From Eubacteriales bacterium (GTDB taxonomy: Bacteria > Bacillota > Clostridia > Oscillospirales > CAG-382): a stretch of 41,878 nt of DNA. Below, in pieces: positions 1-9,132 of this stretch (the first letter of the stretch is position 1; every line of letters starts with the position of its first letter). The stretch spans positions 1 through 41,878 of the forward strand of contig JAZRRU010000070.1 of the NCBI GenBank assembly GCA_045651025.1. The letters are read 5' to 3'. The notes beneath the pieces were generated by a model. That model saw only the letters and a list, made by a program, of their open reading frames with translations. It searched no databases and was not told where the DNA came from. The position numbers were made by a program, and so were the translations under genes.

Positions 1-891
1 GGTCCCGCAGGCTACACTGCGGCTTTATATGCTTCAAGAGCAGGGCTTGATGTTTTAACAATAGAAAGAATGGCGCCTGGCGGTCAGATGGCTCTGACTG
101 ATGTTATAGACAACTATCCCGGTTTTGAAGAAGGTATTGACGGCTTTACACTCGGGATGAAAATGCAGCAAGGCGCGGAGCGTTTCGGTGCGAAGACTGA
201 ATATGCTGAAGTAAATTCTGTTGATTTTTCAGATAAGCTCAAAAAATTATCGACCACAAACGGCGAACTTTTTGCTAAAACAGTCGTTATCGCAACAGGT
301 GCAAATCCCAAGGAGCTCGGACTCAAAGAAGAATGGGATCTTGTTGGAAAAGGTGTTCACTACTGTGCACATTGCGACGGCAGATTTTACAAAAATAAAA
401 CAGTGGCAGTTGTAGGCGGCGGTAATTCGGCGGTTGAAGATGCGCTTTATCTTTCGAGAATCGCAAAAAAAGTGTATCTTATCCACAGACGAGATACGCT
501 CAAAGCAACAAAGATCTATCAGGAACCGTTGATGAATGCGGAAAACGTTGAGTTTTTATGGAACAGCGAAATTTCTCAGATCGTTTCAAACGAAAAAGTT
601 ATCGGTGTTAAAACAAAAGATCTCAAAACGGATGAGGAACGATACACGGATTGCGACGGCGTATTTATAAGCATCGGAAGAAAGCCCGCGACCGAATTTT
701 TAAGCGGCTCGGTTGCTTTGGACGGAAGCGGCTATGTTATCGCTGACGAATCCACGAAAACTGATATAGACGGTGTTTATGCGATAGGAGATGTTCGTAC
801 GAAGCCGTTAAGACAGGTTGTAACCGCAGTTTCTGACGGTGCTGTTGCCGTAAACTTTGCAGAAGAATATCTTGCAATGACTAAATTTTAA
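1..891 (+). CDS. trxB: thioredoxin-disulfide reductase, 5'-truncated by the window edge
   Basis: Frame 1 is open from nt 1 (GPAGYTAALYASRAGL...). It has the redox-active CAHCDG (CxxC), the NADPH-site VVGGGNSAVEDA plus HRRD, and a C-terminal GDV motif. The ORF-track entry 70..891 is only the part after an internal Met. Confidence 0.9.
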   Translation, partial: GPAGYTAALYASRAGLDVLTIERMAPGGQMALTDVIDNYPGFEEGIDGFTLGMKMQQGAERFGAKTEYAEVNSVDFSDKLKKLSTTNGELFAKTVVIATGANPKELGLKEEWDLVGKGVHYCAHCDGRFYKNKTVAVVGGGNSAVEDALYLSRIAKKVYLIHRRDTLKATKIYQEPLMNAENVEFLWNSEISQIVSNEKVIGVKTKDLKTDEERYTDCDGVFISIGRKPATEFLSGSVALDGSGYVIADESTKTDIDGVYAIGDVRTKPLRQVVTAVSDGAVAVNFAEEYLAMTKF

Positions 892-906
892 ATAAAGAGG
901 CTAAAA

Positions 907-1569
907 ATGCAATATCTTATTTCTTTTCTTGAAGGGATCATAACGTTTATCTCACCTTGTTTACTGCCTATGCTGCCGATATACGTTTCGTATTTTGCGG
1001 GCGGCGGCGAAAGAACAACAAAAAAAACATTGGCGAATTCGCTCGGATTTGTTTTGGGATTTACCGTTGTTTTTGTTGCAATGGGTGCGCTTGCGGGAAC
1101 AGTGGGAAGCTTTCTTGTTAAATACCAAACCGCAGTAAATATCATAACAGGGCTTGTTGTTATATTTTTCGGTTTGAATTTTCTCGGCATATTTAAGCTG
1201 AACATTTTCAAAGGCATGAACGGAAATGCAAAGACAAACGACCTCGGATTTTTTTCGTCAATTCTTTTCGGTATAATATTTTCAGTAGGATGGACTCCGT
1301 GTGTCGGCGCATTTCTCGGCTCGGCATTGATGTTGGCATCTCAGCAGGGTCATGTTTTAACAGGAATTCTGATGCTCCTCGCCTACTCTCTCGGTCTCGG
1401 CATCCCGTTTATTGTAAGTGCAATGCTTATAGATAAACTCAAAAGTGCATTCAATTTTATAAAGAAAAATTATAAGGTAATAAACATCATCAGCGGTACA
1501 TTGCTTATTATTTTGGGTGTGCTTATGATGACAGGACTTTTAGGAAAATTTCTTAATATTTTAAATTAA
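907..1569 (+). CDS. ccdA: cytochrome c biogenesis/thiol-disulfide electron-transfer membrane protein, CcdA (DsbD-core) family
   Basis: Polytopic hydrophobic protein with the two conserved family cysteines (ISPCLLPMLP and GWTPCVG). An AAGAGG RBS lies upstream. The gene sits between trxB and a thioredoxin-fold gene. Confidence 0.85.
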   Translation: MQYLISFLEGIITFISPCLLPMLPIYVSYFAGGGERTTKKTLANSLGFVLGFTVVFVAMGALAGTVGSFLVKYQTAVNIITGLVVIFFGLNFLGIFKLNIFKGMNGNAKTNDLGFFSSILFGIIFSVGWTPCVGAFLGSALMLASQQGHVLTGILMLLAYSLGLGIPFIVSAMLIDKLKSAFNFIKKNYKVINIISGTLLIILGVLMMTGLLGKFLNILN

Positions 1570-1593
1570 CGTAAAACAGAACGGACGGTCAAA

Positions 1594-2244
1594 ATGAAAA
1601 AGAAAATATTATGGTTAGTGACTGCGGTTATAGTTGTGGCGGCGTTTGTTGGCATTTATTTTCTCTACGATAACCTCAGTAAAGAATATGCACAGAACAA
1701 CATCGTAAGCATGGAAAAAGAAGAACAGCCGCAGGATGTTACCGAAGAAAAAGAACAGGAAGAAGATAACACGGAAAAGACAGAAGATACAATCGAAAAT
1801 CAGACTGAAACCGTTGAGTACGGTGCTCCTAATTTTACGGTATACGATAAAGACGGAAACAAAGTTGAGCTTTGGGATTTTGTCGGAAAGCCGATAATAT
1901 TGAACTTCTGGGCAAGCTGGTGCGGTCCCTGTAAAAACGAAATGCCGCATTTTGAAGAAGCCTATAAAGCAAACCCCGATCTTGAATTTATCATGGTAAA
2001 CTCAAACGATACTGTTTCTGATGCACAAAAGCTCATAGAAAATAACGGTTACACATTTCCGGTTTATTTTGATATGGACAACGATGCAGCTATAAAATAC
2101 GGAATCTCCGCTTTTCCGACAACAATGCTTATAGACCGAAACGGTGCCCCTATAGGATACGTTACCGGAATGTTGACAGAAGAGGCCCTTAACCAGCTTC
2201 TTGAAATAGCAAGAACGGGCGTAGTTCCCGAAGAATATAAATAA
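1594..2244 (+). CDS. membrane-anchored TlpA/ResA-family thiol-disulfide oxidoreductase
   Basis: N-terminal TM helix, an acidic E/Q/T-rich linker, then a thioredoxin fold with the WASWCGPC active site. Confidence 0.85.
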   Translation: MKKKILWLVTAVIVVAAFVGIYFLYDNLSKEYAQNNIVSMEKEEQPQDVTEEKEQEEDNTEKTEDTIENQTETVEYGAPNFTVYDKDGNKVELWDFVGKPIILNFWASWCGPCKNEMPHFEEAYKANPDLEFIMVNSNDTVSDAQKLIENNGYTFPVYFDMDNDAAIKYGISAFPTTMLIDRNGAPIGYVTGMLTEEALNQLLEIARTGVVPEEYK

Positions 2245-2272
2245 AGAGCAGATTTTCTGCTCTTTATTTTTG
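2243..2272 (+). terminator. rho-independent terminator after the thiol-redox genes
   Basis: AGAGCAG-ATTTT-CTGCTCT hairpin followed by a T-rich run, starting at the stop codon of the ResA-like gene. Confidence 0.6.
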
Positions 2273-2282
2273 TGTAAAAGTA

Positions 2283-2311
2283 TTGACTAAGTGAGAAGAA
2301 TGTAGTATTAT
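2283..2311 (+). promoter_or_regulatory. sigma-A type promoter for the MATE gene
   Basis: TTGACT (2283-2288), 17-nt spacer, TATTAT (2306-2311), about 35 nt upstream of the start codon. Confidence 0.5.
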
Positions 2312-2345
2312 AATAATGAACGCATAGAAAAATTACGGAGAAAAT

Positions 2346-3695
2346 ATGAGCAGAACTACAGATATGACTGTCGGAAGCCCGACAAAGCATTTATTAAAAT
2401 TTGCATTTCCGCTGATAATAACAAATTTAGGCCAACAGCTTTATATGATAGCCGATGCTGCAATAGTTGGCAGAGGTGTAGGTGTTAAAGCATTGGCGGC
2501 AGTAGGTGCAACAGACTGGAGCTATTGGCTGATCCTTTGGACTCTTGTTACGCTAACACAAGGATTTTCAACATTTGTTTCAAGATATTTCGGAGAAAAA
2601 AACTATAAAGCAATGAATAAATCGATTGCGATGTCTGCATTGCTTTGTTTGATCATTGGCGGTTTTTTTACAATTTTAGGCATTATTGTTTCAGAACCTC
2701 TGCTTGCACTGTTAAAAACCCCTTCAGATATTGTTGACGGTGCAAAAACATATCTGATAACAATGATTTCGGGCACTTTGATAGTTACGGCATATAACAT
2801 GGCAGCGTCCATCCTTCGAGCATTCGGCGACGGAAAAAGTCCGCTCGTTGCAATGATAATATCAGCACTTTTGAATATCGGACTTGATATTTTATTTGTC
2901 TTTGCATTTGATCTTGGCATTTTCGGTGCAGCGATTGCTTCTGTTATTGCACAACTTGTATCTTTTATATATTGTCTTATAAAAATAAAAAAGATAGAGT
3001 TTGTAAAACTGGACAGATCCTCTTGGGAAATAGACATGAAGATGATAAAAGATCTTCTTGTTTTCGGTATGCCTCTTGCTCTTGAAATGATCGTTATTGC
3101 ACTTGGCGGAATAATCTTACAGTCAAGCATAAATGCGCAGGGCAGTATATTTATCGCAGGTTACACGGCAACAAATAAGGTTTACGGTCTTCTCGAAAGC
3201 AGCGGTATATCGTTGGGACTTGCATGTTCAACATTTCTTGCTCAGAATTTCGGGGCAGGAAACTTTGAAAGAGTTAAAAAAGGTGTAAAAACAGCGATAC
3301 TTATCGTTATACTTATGGCACTTTTCGTTATGGCATTTGTTTACGTTATCAGGGGAGATCTTTTACAGCTTTTTCTTGATGTTAACGAAGAAGGCGGCAC
3401 GGAAGCTTTGGAAATAGCGGTCCACTATATAACAATATTGCTTGTTTGCCTTATCAGCCTTTATCTTCTGCATATTTTCAGAAACGCATTGCAGGCAATG
3501 GAAGTTTCTGTATGGTCGATGATATCGGGATTTATTGAATGTGCGGCAAGAGTTTTTATGTCAAAAGCCGTTATTCATTGGATGGGCAGTGATGCTTTAT
3601 TTGTATCTGAACCGGTGGCATGGATAGGTGCATTACTGTCTGTAATGATACCGTATTTATATTACAGCAAAAAACTGCTTAAAACGGAGAAATAA
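2346..3695 (+). CDS. MATE family efflux transporter
   Basis: 449-aa, 12-TM-like protein. The N-terminal pattern PLIITNLGQQLYMIADAAIVGRGVG and its overall length are typical of MATE/NorM-type exporters. Confidence 0.85.
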   Translation: MSRTTDMTVGSPTKHLLKFAFPLIITNLGQQLYMIADAAIVGRGVGVKALAAVGATDWSYWLILWTLVTLTQGFSTFVSRYFGEKNYKAMNKSIAMSALLCLIIGGFFTILGIIVSEPLLALLKTPSDIVDGAKTYLITMISGTLIVTAYNMAASILRAFGDGKSPLVAMIISALLNIGLDILFVFAFDLGIFGAAIASVIAQLVSFIYCLIKIKKIEFVKLDRSSWEIDMKMIKDLLVFGMPLALEMIVIALGGIILQSSINAQGSIFIAGYTATNKVYGLLESSGISLGLACSTFLAQNFGAGNFERVKKGVKTAILIVILMALFVMAFVYVIRGDLLQLFLDVNEEGGTEALEIAVHYITILLVCLISLYLLHIFRNALQAMEVSVWSMISGFIECAARVFMSKAVIHWMGSDALFVSEPVAWIGALLSVMIPYLYYSKKLLKTEK

Positions 3696-4442
3696 ATGAA
3701 AATTAAAGAATGGTTTCAAAGAGAAGCAAAAGAAACTGTTTTGCTTTTACGCTGCATACCTACAACGGTTGTTACCCTGTTCGTAGTAAGTGTAATATGC
3801 ATGAATCTTCTTGCAAACAAAACGCTTCTTCAGCTCGACTGGATCGCACTCGACGGCGGAATACTTATCTCGTGGCTGTCTTTCATGTGTATGGACGTTA
3901 TCACGAAGCATTTCGGCCCGAAAGCGTCGAACAAGATCTCGGTTCTCGCAACGCTGATTAACCTCATGACCTGTCTCGTGTTTTTCGTTGCAAGCGCGAT
4001 ACCCTCGAACGTAGGGGATTACAGCGCGTTTGACGGTATATTCGGCGGAACGTGGTTCATCCTCGTCGGAAGCACAATCGCTTTCCTCGCTTCCGCGGTC
4101 ATAAATAACACGCTTAACTGGACGATAGGGAAGTGCTTCAGGAAGAACCCCGACGGAAAGCTCGCCTACGCAACGCGAACCTACGTCTCGACGTTCATCG
4201 GTCAGTTTTTCGATAACTTTATCTTCTCGGTCATCGTTTTCGTGTTTTTTGCGCCTATCTTCTGGGACGGCTTCTGCTGGACGGTCTTGCAGTGCGCGAT
4301 GTGCGCGCTTGTCGGCGCGTGCGCCGAGCTTTTGATGCAAATTCTTTTCTCCCCGATGGGCTATAAAATCTCGAAAAAATGGAAATCGGAGTCGATCGGT
4401 AGGGATTACCTCGATTATATCGAAAAGGAGCGCAGAAAATGA
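3696..4442 (+). CDS. yhhQ: queuosine-precursor transporter-like membrane protein (YhhQ/DUF165, VUT family)
   Basis: Matches YhhQ-like signature stretches (SFMCMDVITKHFGPKASNK; STFIGQFFDNFIFSVIVF). The start codon abuts the MATE stop. The GC/codon shift occurs inside this ORF. Confidence 0.7.
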   Translation: MKIKEWFQREAKETVLLLRCIPTTVVTLFVVSVICMNLLANKTLLQLDWIALDGGILISWLSFMCMDVITKHFGPKASNKISVLATLINLMTCLVFFVASAIPSNVGDYSAFDGIFGGTWFILVGSTIAFLASAVINNTLNWTIGKCFRKNPDGKLAYATRTYVSTFIGQFFDNFIFSVIVFVFFAPIFWDGFCWTVLQCAMCALVGACAELLMQILFSPMGYKISKKWKSESIGRDYLDYIEKERRK

Positions 4443-5092
4443 AGGTTTTAATAACGGGAACTTCTCAGGGAATCGGACTTGCGGTTGCGGAGTATTTTCT
4501 GAAATCGGGTCACACGGTCATCGGCATCGACCGTCAGGATTCGACGATAGAAAACAGCTCGTACACCCACTATAAATGCGATGTGCGCGATAGGGAAAAC
4601 CTTCCCGAAATTGACGGAGTTGAAATTCTTATCAACAACGCGGGCACTCAAAACGAGGACGATATCGAAATCAACCTCAAAGCGCCTATCTTCATAACCG
4701 AAAAATACGGCGTTCAGAATAAAATAAAATCTATCCTCAACGTCGGCTCTGCGAGCGCGCATACGGGCTCGGAATTCCCCGAATATTGCGCGAGCAAGGG
4801 CGGAATCCTTTCTTATACGAAAAACGTGGCAAAACGCGTTGCCGCTTTTGGCGCAACGTGTAATTCGCTCGATCCGGGCGGTGTTGTAACCCCTCTCAAC
4901 GAGTGCGTTATGAACGATCCTGCGCTTTGGAACAGAATAATGGACGAGACACCCTTGAGACGCTGGGCAACCGCCGAGGAGATTGCCGAATGGGCGTATT
5001 TCCTCACCGTTACGAACAAATTCTGCACGGGACAGAATATCCTCGTCGACGGCGGCGAATCGATCAACCACAAATTCATCTGGAACGAATAA
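4439..5092 (+). CDS. SDR family (short-chain dehydrogenase/reductase) oxidoreductase
   Basis: TGTSQGIG cofactor motif, NNAG, and the catalytic S...YCASK (YxxxK). A 4-nt ATGA overlap with the upstream gene suggests translational coupling. Confidence 0.8.
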   Translation: MKVLITGTSQGIGLAVAEYFLKSGHTVIGIDRQDSTIENSSYTHYKCDVRDRENLPEIDGVEILINNAGTQNEDDIEINLKAPIFITEKYGVQNKIKSILNVGSASAHTGSEFPEYCASKGGILSYTKNVAKRVAAFGATCNSLDPGGVVTPLNECVMNDPALWNRIMDETPLRRWATAEEIAEWAYFLTVTNKFCTGQNILVDGGESINHKFIWNE

Positions 5093-5095
5093 TAA

Positions 5096-5129
5096 AAAAG
5101 CACTTATGACGTGAATCATAAGTGCTTTT
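5096..5129. terminator. bidirectional terminator between convergent genes
   Basis: 14-bp perfect hairpin AAAAGCACTTATGA-CGTGAA-TCATAAGTGCTTTT, flanked by A- and T-runs. It lies between the SDR stop (5092) and the ligase stop (5134). Confidence 0.8.
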
Positions 5130-5133
5130 CATT

Positions 5134-7434
5134 TTATCCGTTAACCTTTTCGAGGTCTTTTTTGCGGATTTCGACACGTCTGACCTTACCGCTGATGGTC
5201 TTCGGGAGCTCGTCGACAAATTCGACGATTCTCGGGTATTTGTAGGGTGCGGTGTGTGTCTTGACGTATTCCTGAATCTCTTTTTTGAGCTCGTCCGTGC
5301 CGACGGTGTTCTTCGTGAGCACGATCGTCGCCTTTACGATCTGACCGCGTACCTCGTCGGGAACGGGAGTGATGGCACATTCAAGAACGTAGGGAAGCTC
5401 CATGATAACGCTTTCGATCTCGAACGGTCCGATACGGTAACCCGACGACTTGATAACGTCGTCGATACGTCCGACGTACCAGAGATAACCGTCCTCGTCC
5501 ATCGTCGCCTGGTCGCCCGTGTGGTAATAACCGTCATACCATGCTTCGTTCGTCTTTTCCTCGTCGAGGTAATAGCCGATGAAGAGTCCGCAGGGAACGT
5601 TTTCGCTCGTGCGGATGCAGATTTCGCCCGCGTCGCCCGTCTTGCATTCGTTTCCGTCGGGATCGAGGATAACGACGTCATAGAGGGGGCTGGGCTTACC
5701 CATAGAGCCGAGCTTCGAAGTCGAGCCGACGAAGTTTGCAATCGAGAGAGTGGTCTCTGTCTGACCGTAACCCTCCATGATAGTCAGTCCCGTTGCTTTC
5801 TTGAACTGGTTGAAAACCTCGGGGTTGAGCGCTTCGCCCGCGGTCGTAGCGTATTCTATCGAAGAAAGATCGTATTTCGAGAGGTCTTCCTTGATGAAGA
5901 AGCGGTACATCGTGGGGGGCGCACAGAAGGTCGTGATGTTGTACTTCTTGAAAAGGGGAAGGATGTCGTCGGAGTGGAATCTGTCGAAGTCGTATGTGAA
6001 AATACCTGCCTCGCAGAGCCACTGACCGTAGAGCTTGCCCCAGAGCGCTTTGCCCCATCCCGTGTCGGAGATCGTGAAATGAAGTCCGTCGGGGTTTACG
6101 TTGTGCCAATATTTCGCGGTCGTATAATGACCGAGCGCGTATTTGTAAGAGTGTGTCGCGATTCTCGGATATCCCGTCGTGCCCGAGGTGAAGAGCATGA
6201 GCATCGGGTCGTTTCCGCAGGGAGTGTTCTCGTTGCGGAAGTAATGGGTGCTGAAACGCTCCATTTCGACGTTGAAGTCGTACCAACCGTCTTTCGTTCC
6301 GCCGACGAGTATCTTCTTGATCTCGGGGAACTCGCTTGCCGCCTTTTCCGCTTCGGCGGATACGCTGCCGTCAGCGGTGCAGACGATTGCTTTAACTCCG
6401 GCTGCTTTGTATCTGTAACTAAAGTCGTGCTCGACGAGCTGGTTCGTCGCGGGAATCGCGATCGCGCCGATCTTGTGAAGCGCGAGCATACAGAACCAGA
6501 ACTGATAGTGACGCTTGAGGACGAGCATAACCGTGTCGCCCTTTTTGATTCCGAGCGATTCGAAGTAGTTCGCCGTCTTTGCGGAGTAGCGCTTCATATC
6601 GTTGAACGTGAATCTTCTTTCGGACTTGTCGTTGCCGACCCACATCATCGCGAGCTTGTCGGGATTCTTCTCGGCGATAGCGTCAACACAGTCAAAAGCA
6701 AAGTTGAACTTGTCTTCGTTCTTGAACTTGATTCCGTTGAAAACGCCCTGCTCGTCAAGCGTCGTTTCAACAAAATTGTCTGCGACGGTCTTGACGTTCG
6801 AGTCCGCTTTTTTGGCTTTCGCGCCAATAAACGGTGCTTCGGGGTAGGACTCCGCAAAATCGCCGTCCTGCCGGTTGAGAACGACCGCCTGGAACTCGCA
6901 TCCGCCCTCGCTCACCGCGATCATACCGTGAGGAATAATACTGTTGTAGAATATCGAGTCGCCCTCGTTGAGAACGCTGATATGATTGCCGACCTGAACC
7001 TTGAGCGAGCCCTTTACGATAACGTCAAACTCCTGACCGTTGTGGGAGTTGAGCTTGATAGGTGCGTTCTGCTCGGATTCCATGTAGGGGAGCTTTACGA
7101 GGAACGGCTCGGCGAGCTTGTCCTTGAACTTCGGTGCAAGGTTGTAGTAAACGCCTGCCTGCTTCTTGATTATTTCAAGTCCTTCGCCTTTTCTCGTGAT
7201 CGCAAAAGAAGTAAGCGTCGTGCTCGTACCCTCGATAATATCGACGACCTCGACGTTACACGCTTTTGCGCATTTATAAATAAAAGTAAAACTGAAATCG
7301 GTCTCGCCCTGCTCGAGAAGACGATAGTCCTCAAGCGTAACGCCCGTGAGGGCTGCGAGCTCTTCCTGCGAATAGCCCTTTGCCTCACGCAAGCCCTTGA
7401 TACGGCTTGCAACCTCTTTCAAATTGATTTCCAT
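5134..7434 (-). CDS. fusion protein: XRE-type HTH + cupin domain + medium-chain-type acyl-CoA synthetase (ANL adenylating enzyme)
   Basis: The start is taken at MEINLKEV (ATG 7434) with a GGAAGGAG RBS; the ORF-track start at 7524 lies inside the T-box terminator. Domains: aa ~5-60 HTH (GYSQEELAALTGVTLEDYRLLEQG), aa ~100-187 cupin (G-x-E-F...GD...PHG), aa ~240-766 ligase. Ligase motifs: TSGTTGYPR, YGQTE, YHTGD, GRIDDVIKSSGYRIGPFEIE, ISGKVRR. Confidence 0.8.
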   Translation of the reverse strand: MEINLKEVASRIKGLREAKGYSQEELAALTGVTLEDYRLLEQGETDFSFTFIYKCAKACNVEVVDIIEGTSTTLTSFAITRKGEGLEIIKKQAGVYYNLAPKFKDKLAEPFLVKLPYMESEQNAPIKLNSHNGQEFDVIVKGSLKVQVGNHISVLNEGDSIFYNSIIPHGMIAVSEGGCEFQAVVLNRQDGDFAESYPEAPFIGAKAKKADSNVKTVADNFVETTLDEQGVFNGIKFKNEDKFNFAFDCVDAIAEKNPDKLAMMWVGNDKSERRFTFNDMKRYSAKTANYFESLGIKKGDTVMLVLKRHYQFWFCMLALHKIGAIAIPATNQLVEHDFSYRYKAAGVKAIVCTADGSVSAEAEKAASEFPEIKKILVGGTKDGWYDFNVEMERFSTHYFRNENTPCGNDPMLMLFTSGTTGYPRIATHSYKYALGHYTTAKYWHNVNPDGLHFTISDTGWGKALWGKLYGQWLCEAGIFTYDFDRFHSDDILPLFKKYNITTFCAPPTMYRFFIKEDLSKYDLSSIEYATTAGEALNPEVFNQFKKATGLTIMEGYGQTETTLSIANFVGSTSKLGSMGKPSPLYDVVILDPDGNECKTGDAGEICIRTSENVPCGLFIGYYLDEEKTNEAWYDGYYHTGDQATMDEDGYLWYVGRIDDVIKSSGYRIGPFEIESVIMELPYVLECAITPVPDEVRGQIVKATIVLTKNTVGTDELKKEIQEYVKTHTAPYKYPRIVEFVDELPKTISGKVRRVEIRKKDLEKVNG

Positions 7435-7480
7435 TGTTGTTTGCTCCTTCCGTTTCTGTTGATTCGGATTTGAATAAAAC

Positions 7481-7766
7481 AAAAAAGACTCGTCCCAAAG
7501 AAAACTTTGAGACGAGTCATTCAACTCGCGGTACCACTCAAATTGCGAACACGATGATTCGCCACCTTACGGGCTCAATCAAGCCCTTGCTTTCACGCAG
7601 CAATACGGAAGGAACCTAATTAACGTTCGTTGTTCAGCCCTCCAACTCGGAAGTGATGGGTCATTGGAAAGCTCTGTCATTGGCTCGCAGCAACCGCCAA
7701 CTCTCTCAAAACTCGGCAATCCGACCGTCTTCGTCATAGTTGTTCATTATATTCAAATTTCATTGT
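7481..7766 (-). promoter_or_regulatory. T-box riboswitch leader, probable Ile (AUC) specifier
   Basis: Minus-strand RNA features:
- K-turn context UGAC...CGAG.
- AGAGAG bulge (7701-7706).
- Distal loop GGUUGCUGCGAG.
- T-box motif GAGUGGUACCGCGAG (7527-7539).
- Terminator GACUCGUC-N16-GACGAGUC plus U6 (7481-7518).
The specifier loop is non-canonical. The best reading is CCC-AUC-A next to the basal helix GAAG/CUUC (AUC at 7655-7657). Confidence 0.8.
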
Positions 7767-7771
7767 AACGC

Positions 7772-7800
7772 ATTATACTCGTTTATAACACTATTGTCAA
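7772..7800 (-). promoter_or_regulatory. consensus sigma-A promoter for the Ile T-box/ligase unit
   Basis: Minus strand reads TTGACA (7800-7795), 17-nt spacer, TATAAT (7777-7772). Confidence 0.75.
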
Positions 7801-7848
7801 GAGCTTTTTGCGCTTTTTTGGAAACAATTTACCAAAATACCGTGATTT

Positions 7849-9132
7849 TCAAATGCATGCGAGCGCCTGTTCGATGTCTGCGATAATGTCAACCTTGTCC
7901 TCAAGACCGCAGGAAAGGCGAATAAGATCGGGAGCAACGCCCGCCGCCTTGAGTTCGGCGTCGTTCATCTGACGGTGAGTTGCGTTTGCGGGATGCAAGC
8001 AGCAGGTCTTCGAGTCCGCAACGTGCGTTTCGATCGATGCGAGCTTGAGGTTCTTCATGAACTTCTCCGCAGCCGTTCTTCCGCCGTCAACGCCGAACGA
8101 AATTACACCGCAGGAGCCGTTGGGAAGATATTTCTGACCGAGAGTATAGTTCTTGTCGTCCTCAAGACCGCAATAGCGTACCCATGTGATCTTCGGATGC
8201 TTCTTGAGGTATTCGGCAACCGCCTGCGCGTTTTCGCAATGACGCGCCATTCTTACCTCAAGACTTTCAAGCCCGAGGTTGATGAGATATGCGTTCTGGG
8301 GCGATTGGATCGCGCCGAGATCGCGCATGAGCTGTGCGGTTGCTTTCGTGATATACGCACCCTCGAGACCGAATCTTTCGGTATAAGTAACGCCGTGATA
8401 GCTTTCGTCGGGAGTGCAAAGTCCGGGGAACTTGTCGGGATATTTCGTCCAGTCAAATTTGCCGGAATCTACGATGCATCCGCCGACACCGCTTGCGTGA
8501 CCGTCCATATATTTCGTCGTGGAGTGAATTACGATATCTGCGCCCCATTCGATCGGACGGCAGTTGATGGGTGTTGCAAACGTGTTGTCGATAATAAGCG
8601 GTACGCCGTGACTGTGCGCCGCTTTTGCAAAGCGTTCGATGTCAAGCACATCGAGCGCGGGGTTTGCAATCGTTTCGCCGAAAACTGCTTTCGTGTTCGG
8701 ACGGAAAGCGTTTTCGAGCTCCTCGTCCGAGCAGTCGGGAGCAACGAACGTAAATTCGATGCCCATTCTCTTCATAGTAACCGAGAAGAGGTTGAACGTT
8801 CCGCCGTAGATCGCGGACGAACAAACGACGTGGTCACCGCAGGACGCGATGTTGAAGACGCTGTAGAACGAAGCCGCCTGACCGCTCGAGGTCAGCATCG
8901 CCGCGCTACCGCCTTCAAGCGCCGCAATACGAGCCGCAACGCAGTCGTTCGTGGGGTTCTGCAATCTGCTGTAAAAATATCCCGAGGCCTCGAGGTCAAA
9001 AAGCTTGCCCATCTCCTCGCTCGTATCGTATTTGAAGGTAGTGCTCTGATAAATAGGAATCTGACGGGGCTCGCCGTTTTTGGGAGTATAGCCCGCCTGA
9101 ATACATTTTGTACCGATTTTATAGTTGTTCAT
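7849..9132 (-). CDS. metY: O-acetylhomoserine sulfhydrylase-type PLP enzyme (Cys/Met metabolism family)
   Basis: 427 aa with family hallmarks: YSRLQNPT, SSGQAA, the PLP-lysine context HSTTKYMDGH, and C-terminal IRLSCGLED. A GAGG RBS precedes it, and only 17 nt separate it from the upstream gene. Confidence 0.9.
   Translation of the reverse strand: MNNYKIGTKCIQAGYTPKNGEPRQIPIYQSTTFKYDTSEEMGKLFDLEASGYFYSRLQNPTNDCVAARIAALEGGSAAMLTSSGQAASFYSVFNIASCGDHVVCSSAIYGGTFNLFSVTMKRMGIEFTFVAPDCSDEELENAFRPNTKAVFGETIANPALDVLDIERFAKAAHSHGVPLIIDNTFATPINCRPIEWGADIVIHSTTKYMDGHASGVGGCIVDSGKFDWTKYPDKFPGLCTPDESYHGVTYTERFGLEGAYITKATAQLMRDLGAIQSPQNAYLINLGLESLEVRMARHCENAQAVAEYLKKHPKITWVRYCGLEDDKNYTLGQKYLPNGSCGVISFGVDGGRTAAEKFMKNLKLASIETHVADSKTCCLHPANATHRQMNDAELKAAGVAPDLIRLSCGLEDKVDIIADIEQALACI

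Noticed and set aside
5122-7473. 783-aa ORF on the plus strand, almost exactly mirroring the 5134-7524 minus-strand ORF
   Set aside because: The translation is low-complexity (R/V/L/D/E-rich) with no recognisable motif. The opposite strand encodes a complete HTH-cupin-ligase with all ANL motifs. Codon-aligned antisense frames stay open here because the sense genes avoid TTA, CTA and TCA codons.
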